A DNA stretch of 64,000 bases, taken from the NCBI RefSeq assembly GCF_027921745.1, contig NC_079238.1, forward strand, positions 2,356,001-2,420,000. Reading direction: 5' to 3'. The DNA is from Schizosaccharomyces osmophilus. Taxonomy: Eukaryota. The notes beneath the pieces are model-generated. The model ran no database searches, had not been told where the DNA came from, and worked only from the letters and a program-made list of their open reading frames with translations. The translations under genes and the position numbers were made by a program. This document shows positions 10,689-22,384 of the stretch, piece after piece (position 1 is the stretch's first letter; every line of letters begins with the position of its first letter).

Positions 10689-11552
10689 TTACCAAAGCGT
10701 ATCATATCTGGGAGTGCTGGAAGAGGAACCAGCTTGGCCAACCGCTACGAAAGAAGAGGGAGAAAACCTGTTCGGACTAGCTACTTTTGATCGTTTCATA
10801 TTCATTTCTAGTTCGTTTCTGTGGGATGCTAATTTTTTTCGCTGTTCAAGATCAGCGATTTCCTGCAGTTCTCTAAATTTTTCTTTCCGCTGTTGATTTT
10901 GGCGCTGCTTTTTCGTTTGAGGTATTGAAGAAGACACTGATTTTCTTCCATTTTTAGATTTAGAAACGATTTGGAAACCATCATCGGAATCATCATCGTT
11001 ATTCCTCGAGTCCGAAGAGGGAGTCTGCATCACCTTTACAGTCTCTTTCAATTTTAAAGAAGCTGGTGTACTGGAACGCGAATAACCAATATTTTCGGGC
11101 TCTTCATTTTGTTTTTCCGACTTCGTTGAAGCTACCGGACTAGAGCTAATGTTCTGCTCATGCTGAAGATCATCCTTTTTCGAGACATTCTCTTTTCCTT
11201 TAGCATTTTGTTGCTTGCGTGGTGGGTTAGAGATCGTGTCTTCTTTCTTCTCACTAACATAAGCAGCTTTGCTTGGCTTTTCAGATTCCGCTTTCACAGT
11301 TTCTGAGGACAAACTGGTAGGCTTTCCTAGAGCAACCTTCTTTTGACTTTCGTCAGCCTTTACAAACTCTTCTTCTTTCGAAGTGGCCTTAGAGGACTTC
11401 TTTTTCTTTTTGTTAACTTTTAAATTTCTACGGGACTTCAATTCACTCTTTCCATTCGATGGTTTTTTAGATTTCTCAGTAATCTTTTGATAAAGGTAAT
11501 AAGAACCTCCTAATAAAATTCCCCATTGAATGAAAGCTGCAGTATAGCCCAT
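10689..11552 (-). CDS. Uncharacterised protein, N-terminal membrane anchor plus Lys/Ser-rich tail (position of S. pombe SPBC13E7.07)
   Basis: 287-aa ATG ORF; hydrophobic aa 3-21; TKKQRQNQQRKE coiled segment; synteny. Confidence 0.8.
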   Translation of the reverse strand: MGYTAAFIQWGILLGGSYYLYQKITEKSKKPSNGKSELKSRRNLKVNKKKKKSSKATSKEEEFVKADESQKKVALGKPTSLSSETVKAESEKPSKAAYVSEKKEDTISNPPRKQQNAKGKENVSKKDDLQHEQNISSSPVASTKSEKQNEEPENIGYSRSSTPASLKLKETVKVMQTPSSDSRNNDDDSDDGFQIVSKSKNGRKSVSSSIPQTKKQRQNQQRKEKFRELQEIADLEQRKKLASHRNELEMNMKRSKVASPNRFSPSSFVAVGQAGSSSSTPRYDTLW

Positions 11553-12123
11553 TGCTTTTTGTTATAATTCCAATTAGTGGAGTTGATGTTGGAAAAGTGC
11601 CGTGCTCTTGGTAGGTGGGTTGGATGGGGAATGGTCCTACCTGAGTCAATCACAAACAATCAGAAATTTCCCAGAAAATCTTTTGAGAAACCAGGAAATG
11701 TTAAATACTATAAAAAAAGTTTGTTTGAACATAATACCTTTACTTCCTTTTAAACTTGGAATGAAGGTCGCGTACCTCATGTAGACAATCATTCATGCTT
11801 TAGGTGGCTCTAATATATCCTTATTTTAATTCTTCTGAAGATGTTTATAACCGTACTGCGTACGAAAGAAGTCTACCTACCATTATTGAAACGTTAAACA
11901 TGAATGACGGCGAATATCAAAACTGCTTCCTTTCCGTGAGTTCATCAAACCGCAAAAATCATTCGTTGAAAATAAGAATAATATAAATATAAATATGAAT
12001 ATACATATACATATCAAAGCAACAGCTAGGGGATTCTTGGAAGTACAGCAATGATCTTGATATGGTCCATACATGTTACCAAACTTTGGAATAGTCGTTA
12101 TTTATAAATCGTGAATTAGTCCT

Positions 12124-13158
12124 TCATCCAAATAAACCGGCGTCCTGTCCTCTGTTTATGGGTTGCTTGTAATCCAGTTGGTCAGAAATAAGTGCATAAC
12201 CATGGGTCAAGCCATCGATTAGTTTCTTGTTTTCTTCCTCAAGCTTTCTAGTATACTTCAAAGAACTCTCCAATTCATCCGTTAATGATTCCAGATCCTC
12301 TACGGACACGTATCTTTTCTGATTTAACAGTTCTTTAACAAGACGAATCTGATTTTGCAATCTTGCATCCAAAACAACCGCATTTTGTTCAAAGCATTTT
12401 ATAAGCGAATCCGGGTATGATTTATAAAGGGGACGAAGCAAAGCTTCTAACGACGAAACTGTATCATTCAAACACCTTTGGAGCTTCTGATTTTGGTTCT
12501 TAATATTCTGGAAAAACAAGGAACTTCCTTCATAGTCTTCATGTTTTGAAACTTTTTGTAGCTCACTTTCTTCATTGTCATATGTCACTGGTAAAATAGG
12601 AGCGTTTACATGCGATTTTTGTGGTTCCTTTATAATCAAAGAACAATACGAGTTATTTCCTTTCCGTCGCTTTATTGAATCATAGTTTCCTCGCAATGAT
12701 TCCATCTGCTGTTCACGTTTCTTGAGTGACATTGACAGTTCTGCTTTCATAGCGGCTTCTATCTGGCTCTTTTTGTCCAAGGAATTCATAGTATGTTTAT
12801 TTTCTTTTTTTAAAAATTTGTTCTCCTTTTCCAACATATTAATTCTATCCTCTTGGACCTGTCTCTCCTTTAAACTTTGTTCCAAGTTTCGTTGCAATTG
12901 TTTTGATGATTCCAGATTCTTTCTAAATTCAATAGAATCAGTTTGAATCCTTTCTAACAACTTTTCTTTTTCTTCAACATCAACTTCGTTTCTTCTCAGT
13001 AATTGATACAAAACGTTCACAACCCGACATTTGTCTTTAACATCGTCTGAAAACCGTACTTTCTCGTTTTGCAGAATCCCATTGTCTTTTAGTTTATAAT
13101 TAACATATTGAATTGATTCCTTTAAATTCGTGGAATCGCAAAATACATTAGTAGCCAT
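12124..13158 (-). CDS. msd1: Microtubule-anchoring coiled-coil protein Msd1 (SSX2IP/ADIP-like), 344 aa
   Basis: First ATG of the frame is at 13158 (MATNVF); N-terminal 'IQYVNYKL...G...VVNVLYQLL' plus a long coiled coil; synteny. Confidence 0.78.
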   Translation of the reverse strand: MATNVFCDSTNLKESIQYVNYKLKDNGILQNEKVRFSDDVKDKCRVVNVLYQLLRRNEVDVEEKEKLLERIQTDSIEFRKNLESSKQLQRNLEQSLKERQVQEDRINMLEKENKFLKKENKHTMNSLDKKSQIEAAMKAELSMSLKKREQQMESLRGNYDSIKRRKGNNSYCSLIIKEPQKSHVNAPILPVTYDNEESELQKVSKHEDYEGSSLFFQNIKNQNQKLQRCLNDTVSSLEALLRPLYKSYPDSLIKCFEQNAVVLDARLQNQIRLVKELLNQKRYVSVEDLESLTDELESSLKYTRKLEEENKKLIDGLTHGYALISDQLDYKQPINRGQDAGLFG

Positions 13159-13307
13159 TTCTTGTATGAAAGCGTCGTTTACATTGCATAAAAATATGAG
13201 AACGAAATATCGCTCCAACAATACAGCAAAAGAAGAGACAAGCCCTCGACCTGAGAGAATGATATAAAATAGGGTTTCATTATAAACTATTAAACTGTCA
13301 TGAATTC

Positions 13308-15822
13308 TTATAAACATTCTAGTATCGTTTTCAGGATGTAAACATTCGCTGCGAAAAAGAATAAACCAGATAGCCATAATTCAATAAATACAGAGTTTCC
13401 AAGCATTTCTAGACGATACGCATTTAAAAGCCACATCGCCTGACTAGCTATCCACAGAATTAGGCAAACCAACCCTTTTTTGCTGATAAGTTTTGAATTT
13501 GGCAAAATTAAGGGCAGAAATATTAGATACCAGAGGAAATACTAAAAAATTGTTAGCCAAAAAAATAACAGTAGAACTTACTTGACTCGTGCAAACTTTG
13601 TTGAATGTTACAAAAGCAAATGTCTGTGCGAAAAGTGTACCAGCAAGAGTTTGTTTGGAATATACAGCAGCAATCAAAACACAAAGTAAAATTTGTGGAA
13701 AAAATGCAAGGAATGAAGAGAGTTTCTGCTTAGAGGCTGACTCAAAATAAAGACTCAAATGATGAGCTGAAAAGTTATGCCTATGATCTGTTCGTCCAAG
13801 ATGATATATATATGTGTGCTCTAGAAAAGGCCTTCCATAAATGATATACATGAAAAGATTACACAAAGTGAAGGCTAAAAGGGACCCAATTAATACCTTG
13901 AACTGGTTGACAGAAAAAGAACCGGCAACTCTTTTCAACAGTGGTCCTTGCTTCCATGGGTTTGCATAGTAAAATAAAAATGCGATTCCATAAATAAATG
14001 GATAAATTTTAAAATGTACCGAAAAGCCAAGTAAGAACCCTGCTAACCACACACGTTTTCGTTCTAAGAGTAAGATGAGTGCAACACTTAAGACTCCTAA
14101 AATTGCTTCACAGTTTCCTCTTGTACTAATTACAGCGACAAGTGGATTTAGTATCCAAAAGGAAACATATAGCAGTGATTTACCTAAAGACAGTTTACGA
14201 TTCAGAATTTTAATAATAATCCAACCAGCCAGTATGTCACAAAGGGAAAACATATACTTTCCCCAAGATGGAAACCCATATTGAGTTGGCAACAAGATAA
14301 TAGCCAAAAGAGGAGTATATCGATATGTATCCCGCATATAAGGTGACTCACCCAGAGAAACATACCTTGCTGCATCAGTGAAGACAAAATAGTCAACATC
14401 GGTGTATTTGAGTGTAGATTTACTATCATGCCAATTTCCATAATTGATAAGAATAACCCGTATGATGAAACCAACTATCAGAAGACAAGTCGACTTAGAT
14501 GGACAGTAAGCATGGAAGTAATAGGATACAGAAAATCGTTGGAAAATAATATCCTTTAAAAATCTTATATTCTGATGCCGGCGAACACTTGATGGCAGAG
14601 AGAAAATGTAATAAAACAGGGCTTCTTTCACCTCCGGTGTTAAAGCATCTACAGTGCTTACTTTAGAAGAAGAAGAAAGTGTTTCTTGAGACGTTTGAGA
14701 AGGAGATGAACGTAGAAGCGCACATTGGTGGGCAATGGAATATAAGTGTTTTCTGTCATCTTCTGTAATGTCTGCTTTCGACCATTCAAGAAGAGAATCG
14801 AGAATTCCCCTTGCAAAAAAAGATGAAGCGTTTTTATGGTCAAAACTTTTCATAGAAGTTACTCCTTTCATTAACTTCGCTTCTGTTTCAGGTGATATAT
14901 GGGAATTCTTTAGATCATTGTCTATTGCTTTCGGATTCGTCTCCCTAACATATATGCTGATATTTTCCTTTACTGATTTCCCATGTAGGAATTTCAATAG
15001 CCAAGAGCATAAAAAAGACAATCGCAGTTGTAGAAAGGGCTCCAAATGAATAGAAGCAGCGTATTCATAATCGAGAGAAAATTCTTGACAAATGTTTTTT
15101 GTACTTTCAAATAAAGCATGGCGGGAATTTATAACAAGTTTCTCTTCATCATTTTGCTTCAAGATATCAGAAATTTCAAACGCAGTAACGCTACACAACC
15201 CTTGAAGCAAATTCAATGAAAAGCTAGCCAGAGGAAAGTAGTTGGATTTCAGAAAAGGGGAGGATATAAGTACGGACTTTGATTTTTGCATCTGCACAAA
15301 CACAGCATAAATTGAACATAAGGTTATGCATTTGAGTGCAGCAAACTTGGGCGCGGTAATACGGAAACAAAGAAGGAAACCAAGTAAAGAGCACAGGAAA
15401 AATACAATACTTCCCCAAGGCAGAATTAAAGGATTATATGCGGAAGCACATACAGCAGTACATGCCAATCCAATAGTCAAGTAAACAAGCCGTGTAGTGG
15501 AAACATATTTTTGTGGAGTATAATAATTCTTCCGTTTTATAAAAACGTAGACAGACGAAGTAATTAATAAGTGTCCAAACTGACTAAAATATTCTTCCAC
15601 TGGCACCTGAGCAATCGTAAATAGTATTTTTCGAGGTACGATTGATATCAATTTCAAATGAAGGAAAAAGGAAATTATAGCCGAGTAGTAGAAAGAAAGG
15701 CACAAACATGTGAACCATTGTTGCCTCCATTTCTTGAACAACCAGCTTGGTCGAAGCACAAGCGCGATTCCAAGTAGAGGAAACAAATAATAATAAACAA
15801 AGAACTTTAGATATGTTTCCAT
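13308..15822 (-). CDS. gpi14: GPI mannosyltransferase I (PIG-M) with a long N-terminal extension; join(15822..13582,13541..13308), 824 aa
   Basis: KYTDVDY.VF.DAA, YRYTPLLA, STRGN, HFKIYP, R.DHRHNFS and FNKVCTSQ|YFLWY PIG-M motifs; 40-nt GTAAGT..GCTAAC..TAG intron. Confidence 0.93.
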
Positions 15823-16419
15823 TCAATTTTACGATAATAGGTCTCAGGACAATAGGCCATTGATATATGCCCTTGTAAACAAATACTATGGATGATCTAG
15901 CAAGTTTGTTTTGGCTTAATAAGGAATAATATTCAGTTAGCTCAGTATCAACGATTAGGAAACTATGCTATAACCCGTTATAATATGAACACTGTATTAA
16001 AGTGCTAAGATCCCAGTTTGGTAGAATTACAATTTTTTGATGAAGGACGGTTGAATTCTGCTTTCGTTTGCTTTGTGATTGAGTAAAAAATGATACGAAT
16101 AAGAGAAAAATAATACTATTAAGCAAAAACAAGAATACTCTTCAAATGAAGATTCACATCCAAGAATACTTGAACGCCTTTGCTTAAGTGAAAAACCTAA
16201 GTGTTAATATATTATTCATAGACTATAAGTCATAATCGATGAGAAGGGAGCTTGTTAAAAAAAGTAAAAAGATAGAATAACGTTGTAAGCAATTACCCAA
16301 AGAAGAGAGTCTTCATAAAACCCTTAAAATCAAACGAATCGATTATATCGGCCTCTGTGCTTACATGTTTTCCCACAATAGCGATGACTTAGAAGAGAAG
16401 GTTATTCATAGACAAGAGT

Positions 16420-16923
16420 TTATTTTAAAGCACCAGAAAGGGTTTCCAAAACTCCTACGCGAATCGAAGCTTCAGCAGCAACCTTTTCATCCGAGGAGGC
16501 AGCTTCAGCTCTGTACTTTTCGAGCAATTGAGCAACGACAGAAGATGAAAAGTCCTCCAACTTAAAAGCTTCGGGAGAAGTTACAGAAAGCTCATTCGAG
16601 GGTTGTTGGACAGCAAAACCACCAGAAACGAAGTATTTGGAAACAGCGTTGGATTCATCCGTGATCTGAATAACACCAGGACGTAAGCATTGAACCATGG
16701 GTACGTGATCTTTCAAAACACCCATCTCACCATCCTCAGTGGGAAGATCAACCTGAGTTACAGGTACTTTGTCAAAGACGGTACGGTAGGGCAAAGCCAT
16801 CGAAAGAATCAACTTTTCATTTTTTTGAGCAGCTTGAGCATATCCACGACGAGGAATTGCTGCAAATTTAAAAATACCAGGAGAAAATGGAACCCGACGG
16901 AAAGCGTTCATAAAAGGTTGCAT
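16420..16923 (-). CDS. atp16: Mitochondrial F1-ATP synthase delta subunit
   Basis: Presequence, then QVDLPTEDGEMGVLKDHVP...L.PGV...YFVSGGFA. Confidence 0.95.
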   Translation of the reverse strand: MQPFMNAFRRVPFSPGIFKFAAIPRRGYAQAAQKNEKLILSMALPYRTVFDKVPVTQVDLPTEDGEMGVLKDHVPMVQCLRPGVIQITDESNAVSKYFVSGGFAVQQPSNELSVTSPEAFKLEDFSSSVVAQLLEKYRAEAASSDEKVAAEASIRVGVLETLSGALK

Positions 16924-17490
16924 ACTGAAGAGTGTTTGGTTGAAGGGAAGTTGTTTGACGGGCCCACCAACGACCGATGGTTCTACAACTAAAAAATGTA
17001 CAGACGAAAGAACTCGAATTAGTTTCGTATTAATCTTTAGTTATTTTTTTTTTAAAAAATGGTATTTCTGAAAGCATCATGTGGATGGTAGAGCATTGGA
17101 ACACGCATGGGTTTTGAAATTTTTGAGAATAGAATAGTATTATTTTATTGATTTGTTTTTCTCTTTAATGATAAAATTAGACTATCCAAGTAGTTTTTTT
17201 TTTTGGGTCGAAGACTCGAAATGAATCAGGAACTGGTAATGCACAGAAAAGCAGCTACTAGATTGAAAGTAATGGACACTTGTAAGAAACTTTGAGAGAA
17301 AATTTACACAAAGCATATCTTATCCTTTTTAATCGCCCTAGTCTTTAGTATTTCAACAATGACTATTCCATGCAGGGTATATCTCAATACCAGTAAGTTA
17401 TTGAAGGAACTTTGAGGAACTGTGTCGCTAGAACAAACAGAAAAAGAAAGCTCTTCCTTACTAAAACACAATCAATTAATATTATTGTTA

Positions 17491-17521
<31 letters not shown>

Positions 17522-18423
17522 CGTTACGCATCATGTACTTGGAGATACGACAAATGCAACCATTATTAACGGCATGAAAGCTGGAGCCTTTTTGGTCATC
17601 GCCAGTGACTCAATTTATAGAAAATACGAGGTAATGACAGAGGCGTTATTTTGTCTTTCTCGTTCAAACTTCACATTCAGGCATCTATTATGAGCCTATA
17701 AAGTCTGCTTAAGGAGGATCGCATAAATCTTCCACAGCAGATATTCAGTCTCAAACAAAATATACCGTGGAAATGAACAAAAAAAGTACAAAAGGAATGA
17801 TTAATTCCGTTTAATTCACGAAATGCGAATCGGTCAAATCATATTAATCCAGGATCAGGCTCTTCGTTGCGTATCTTTTCTCATAAAGTAAGAATGCTTT
17901 TTTCTAATGAACCAAATGAACTCTTATGTGTTAGTAGAAAGTTGTATGAAATGCTTGACTTTCCTGTCATTTCAGTTCTTCCAAAAGAGATCAATTTATT
18001 TACAAAGATACAAAATGATAAATTGTTATTGTACAATATAAACAGTAAAAGAAAAGAAGAAAATACCTAAATTTCTTGCATTTGATTCCATTAAATTGGA
18101 AAAACTGGCTTACATATCGCTAAACCGACTGCAGAGTGGTGAATGCCTACCGGTCCGACTTCCTCCCTCTGCCAACTGGTATAGTCGCTAGAAGTAAAAT
18201 TTCAATATTTGACGCTGGTCGTTTGTATTACTCTTTCAGCACGTTCTTTTTTCGTCAATCTTTTCTACCGGGAAGGTTCACTATCGAGTTTCGTTGGGTG
18301 CAAGGAAGGAATTTAGCATTGAGAGATTCGGGGTTTGACGGAAGGCCTACGAATAGCTTTGCTTGGTTTCCATTATTTTCCTTTTTCAATTTCCAAATTC
18401 AGCTGAATAATATTTCGAGTTAA

Positions 18424-20598
18424 ATGGAAGCTTTCAAACGAGGACAAGAAGCTGGTGTCAATGTTCTTGATGGACCGTTACACACCAAGCTTTCTAACGT
18501 GAATTCTAGTGTCTGCTCGGGAGATATGGCTGACTCTTCGCTCATATCTACTGTCAATGTCTTGGACGCCTACGACTTGTCTGATAGCTCACCGACGATT
18601 CAGTCACCAAGTACCTCGACCCCGTTAAAGCTCTCAGATGATTCCATTTATGATAAACAAAGGCTTCCAGATAATGTGAGCATCGGTGATGCTCATACAG
18701 ATAAGGAGAAGCATAAAAATGATAGTCGTCAAGAACACTCACCAGTTGAAGATCATCAAAACTTTTCTTCCGAGTTGCAAAATATTAATCAATGGTTCCA
18801 ATGTCTTTCCATGTCTGACCGCGAACAAGTTCTTAAACAGCTCTTACAAAGCTATCCCGCTAAAGACGCCGCTAGGTTATTTTCTCATTCCCTTTCTTCA
18901 TCTCCGTCTCGTAAGTCGTTGTCGAACAATTTGTCGGTTGGTTCGTCTTCATCTTCTCCTTCTTCCGTTGATGTGGAGGCTCCTTTATTGTCGGATTCTC
19001 TTTCCTCATTAACAGCAACTTCAAAAACCCCAATGAAGCAACCTTCGGCATCTTTGAACCATATCCAAACCAACTCTTTTTCTAACAAACAACATGCTTT
19101 ATCCACCGCTCTTTCATCCGCATCTCCTCTAGCTGTTAGAAATCCACCAGCTTCTTCTAATTACTTCGCGCAGGATCGCGATCTGTTAACAAAAAACCGT
19201 CTTTCAAAAGCAATTGCATATTCTTCCATTAATCCTTCTGCTTCTCCTATTTCGACAAGTCCTAAAAGCAATCATAATGCCATTGCTAACAATGGAACTC
19301 CTAAATCATATTCTTTAACCAATAACGCTTTTCATAAGCAAGCCAATTCTGAATTGTTTTCAAGTGCATCAAAAAAGACACCTTTCGCACCTAATGGAAC
19401 TCCTTCAAAACCTTCGTCATCCTTCTTTGAAACTCCAAACGCCAATATTTGGGATTCTCATGATCGATCTGCTTTCTCGGCTCCCCCTGCTCCTTTTTTT
19501 CCATTCGGCGTTTCACCACATCTAAATGAAGAATTATCTCCTCGTGGACGTTGGCAGAATTTCACGTATTCTCCGCCTCCTCCTCCCCCTCCTCCAGATC
19601 TTCTTACTGCGAATTCAAATCAACGTTCCATCCCCGAAAAATCCCATCTTTTGTACCGTTCCAACCAGATAGGACCACGTTCTCGATTGGAAACACGTCC
19701 GTCTGGTGCTGATGGAAAACCTTTGCTTTCCTCTTCCTTACGTTTTTCTCACGTTCCTGGTGCTTCTGAAACATCTTCTCGCAGTAGCACTCGACTGGAG
19801 AATCCTAACGCGCAACCAAGTACCCCCTTAAGTAAACAAACCTATGTCAATGATCTTCCCCATACGATAACACCTGTCCCTTTCACTTCATTGTCATATA
19901 ATCCGGGTGCTGAAAGTGAGCGTTCGTATAGGAAAAATGGGTTTTGGCTGAATAATTGGAACTCTCCTGCTTTTATGCATTCTCCACTTCTCCAAGATGC
20001 TAATAACCCTTACGCACAGTTAACGCCGTCTGCAAATTCTACATATTCTGCTAATTTGAATAATTCAAACTTTTCAACGCCTGTGGGGATGCATATGTGT
20101 CATATGCCTTACGCATACTCTTCTTATAATGATCCTGAAGCTGGTGATGCTGTGCATGGAGCATCACAAAACTATACCAGTTATGTTAAAACGCCAAAAA
20201 CTTCCCTCAAAACCAGGAAATCTATGTCTAATTTAAAGAGTACCGAAAAACAATATACTAATGAACTTCCACAGGATATTCCGAGCTGGCTCAGAAGTCT
20301 CCGTTTACATAAATACACTAATAATTTGAAAGACACCGATTGGAATGGTTTGGTATCTTTAACAGACGAAAACCTACAAAGCAGAGGAATTCATGCTTTA
20401 GGTGCAAGGAGAAAGCTATTGAAAAGCTTTCAAGACGTTGCTCCGTTAGTTGGCGCAAAACCGGCATTAGAAAATTCCGATATTGAAGGTGTTGACAATC
20501 AGAAAAATGATAGTTTCAACTCGGTAAATCAGGACGAAGAAGATAAACGATTTGGTGATCATGATTCTCGATCCTCTGAGTGTGCTAACGATAGCTGA
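18424..20598 (+). CDS. vts1: Smaug-family SAM-domain RNA-binding protein
   Basis: [13 protein letters not shown] (SSR1-like) and C-terminal [14 protein letters not shown]...[13 protein letters not shown] domain. Confidence 0.92.
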   Translation: MEAFKRGQEAGVNVLDGPLHTKLSNVNSSVCSGDMADSSLISTVNVLDAYDLSDSSPTIQSPSTSTPLKLSDDSIYDKQRLPDNVSIGDAHTDKEKHKNDSRQEHSPVEDHQNFSSELQNINQWFQCLSMSDREQVLKQLLQSYPAKDAARLFSHSLSSSPSRKSLSNNLSVGSSSSSPSSVDVEAPLLSDSLSSLTATSKTPMKQPSASLNHIQTNSFSNKQHALSTALSSASPLAVRNPPASSNYFAQDRDLLTKNRLSKAIAYSSINPSASPISTSPKSNHNAIANNGTPKSYSLTNNAFHKQANSELFSSASKKTPFAPNGTPSKPSSSFFETPNANIWDSHDRSAFSAPPAPFFPFGVSPHLNEELSPRGRWQNFTYSPPPPPPPPDLLTANSNQRSIPEKSHLLYRSNQIGPRSRLETRPSGADGKPLLSSSLRFSHVPGASETSSRSSTRLENPNAQPSTPLSKQTYVNDLPHTITPVPFTSLSYNPGAESERSYRKNGFWLNNWNSPAFMHSPLLQDANNPYAQLTPSANSTYSANLNNSNFSTPVGMHMCHMPYAYSSYNDPEAGDAVHGASQNYTSYVKTPKTSLKTRKSMSNLKSTEKQYTNELPQDIPSWLRSLRLHKYTNNLKDTDWNGLVSLTDENLQSRGIHALGARRKLLKSFQDVAPLVGAKPALENSDIEGVDNQKNDSFNSVNQDEEDKRFGDHDSRSSECANDS

Positions 20599-20806
20599 TG
20601 CTCGTTTACTCATTCTTTTTATTTTAAAGAGAGTGGGTATAGATTTAAAGTAAATGAAATTTTTTTAATGACAATTTGATAGCAGTTTTTGTATGTATCA
20701 ACTAACCAAAGGATATGTAACATATTCATGGAAAAAAGAGCACATGTCGAAAGTCTTTAGAGTATTCATACAATCTGTATTATTTAGTCATACTAAGTTA
20801 ATATGT

Positions 20807-22384
20807 TTAACTGTCTAGGTCGCGTCTCATAAGAAAGGCATCAGAATCACCGTCAGCAAATCGCTTATAAAGCTTTGGTACACGCTCAATTATCTTGAAA
20901 CCACGCCGAGTATACCAATCAACACTATCTTCATTAGAACATCGAACGTGTAAAGTAATTGCGTCCAAAGCTAATCTGTGGGCTGAACGATTTGCAAAAT
21001 CCAAAAGTAACGAACCAATTCCTAAATTTCTGTAAGGGGCTAGAACTGAAAATGTAGCTATGTAAAGTAATTCGTCTCTATTTTTAACGCAACTCAGGCC
21101 TCCTACAACTTTGTTTTCAAAGAGAGCCACGCGTGAAAGTTCATTGTCTTTTAGGATGTTCTTATAGAATGTTTCGCTATAATTTGTATTCAAAACAACT
21201 TGATTCAGCCGTTTAAATGAGTTAATGTTTTCATTCGTTAACTCAACGAGTGAATACCTTGAAATTGGTTTATTAGAAGCTACGGAATCAACAGTAGTAT
21301 CTGAAGAATCTGGTTGTCCAATTTCTTTATCCTGTTTTTCCTGTGGTAAAATATCATCACTAACCAAGTTTTCCTTTGAAATCGGTTGGAACCTATTAAC
21401 CTCCTTCGGTTGGATGCCATGGGTTTCTTCCTGTTTTCTTTTCTTCAAAAGTAAGTTCATTTGTTTATCAATGGAAAACAATCCCTTGGTATCTGCACCG
21501 CATTGTACACAAGTAGGAGTCTTTCTGTAGCGTTCTACGGCACAATTTTCACAAAAGTGATGCTTGCAAACCGTTACAATCGGGTCTTTGTAGTCCTTTT
21601 TGCAAATCAAACAAACAAATGGGATTTCCTCTTCTTTTTCGTTTTTTGGAACGCCGTCCACATTTTTTATACCCTTACGGAATTTGGATTGTGCTTCATT
21701 CCATTCTTGATCTAATTGCCAGCCAGCTTTGTAGTCTTCTCTCATGTGCAGAAACTTACAAGTATCACCATAACCGCAAAACCCTGTCAACTTGTAGTCT
21801 TTACAGACGTCTGGTTGATAATCTATCACTGTAATCGTACGGATTGCAGCCGACGATGGCGACGGACGGACTGGTCCAGTCTGTGCTTTCTTGCTTATCG
21901 GTTCCTTTTTAGGTAAAAATTTTGAATAGTCGTTTTGCGATTGAAACAAGTCTGATGACAATGTACATTGCTTCTTAAAATGAGCACTCTCTTCATCATT
22001 TGAAGATTCGTTTGGGATGATAACTGTGGATGTGTTCATCTCATCGCCATGCACATTCAAGTTGGCAGAGTATTCTACGTTTATGTCTTTTGATATAGAA
22101 GAATTTTGATCTTCCTTCTTCTTGTAATGATCCGAAGATGCATCAGGAACCATTCGGGCTTGCTTTTTTTGCTGGGATAGTAAGTAGTCCCTCGTAGATC
22201 GAATGTCGTCCACTTCGTCCTCATCTTCATCTGAATGATCTGATTTATTTAGAGTATTTGATTCAACATTTGGCTTTTTTCGCTTCAAACCTTCTCTGTC
22301 CCGACCTTTCCTCTTTTGTTGAAATATGGGAACAACCCCATTGTTCTGTTTAGTCTGTTCTTTATAATTATCGCTTTCCACCAT
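20807..22384 (-). CDS. cwf24: Spliceosomal CCCH/RING protein Cwc24/RNF113A fused to a C-terminal GNAT acetyltransferase
   Basis: DYQPDVCKDYKLTGFCGYGDTCKFLHMREDYK (CCCH); CLIC...C.HHFC..C...C..C (RING); GNAT motif A PYRNLGIG. Confidence 0.93.
   Translation of the reverse strand: MVESDNYKEQTKQNNGVVPIFQQKRKGRDREGLKRKKPNVESNTLNKSDHSDEDEDEVDDIRSTRDYLLSQQKKQARMVPDASSDHYKKKEDQNSSISKDINVEYSANLNVHGDEMNTSTVIIPNESSNDEESAHFKKQCTLSSDLFQSQNDYSKFLPKKEPISKKAQTGPVRPSPSSAAIRTITVIDYQPDVCKDYKLTGFCGYGDTCKFLHMREDYKAGWQLDQEWNEAQSKFRKGIKNVDGVPKNEKEEEIPFVCLICKKDYKDPIVTVCKHHFCENCAVERYRKTPTCVQCGADTKGLFSIDKQMNLLLKKRKQEETHGIQPKEVNRFQPISKENLVSDDILPQEKQDKEIGQPDSSDTTVDSVASNKPISRYSLVELTNENINSFKRLNQVVLNTNYSETFYKNILKDNELSRVALFENKVVGGLSCVKNRDELLYIATFSVLAPYRNLGIGSLLLDFANRSAHRLALDAITLHVRCSNEDSVDWYTRRGFKIIERVPKLYKRFADGDSDAFLMRRDLDS

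Noticed and set aside
13159..13377. ORF-track N-terminal extension of msd1
   Set aside because: Non-ATG start overlapping the gpi14 last exon; the first ATG is at 13158.
18136..18423. 95-codon GTG-start ORF abutting vts1 in frame (TAAATG), as possible stop read-through
   Set aside because: No ATG, UTR-like composition, TAA is a tight stop, and no recognisable domain.
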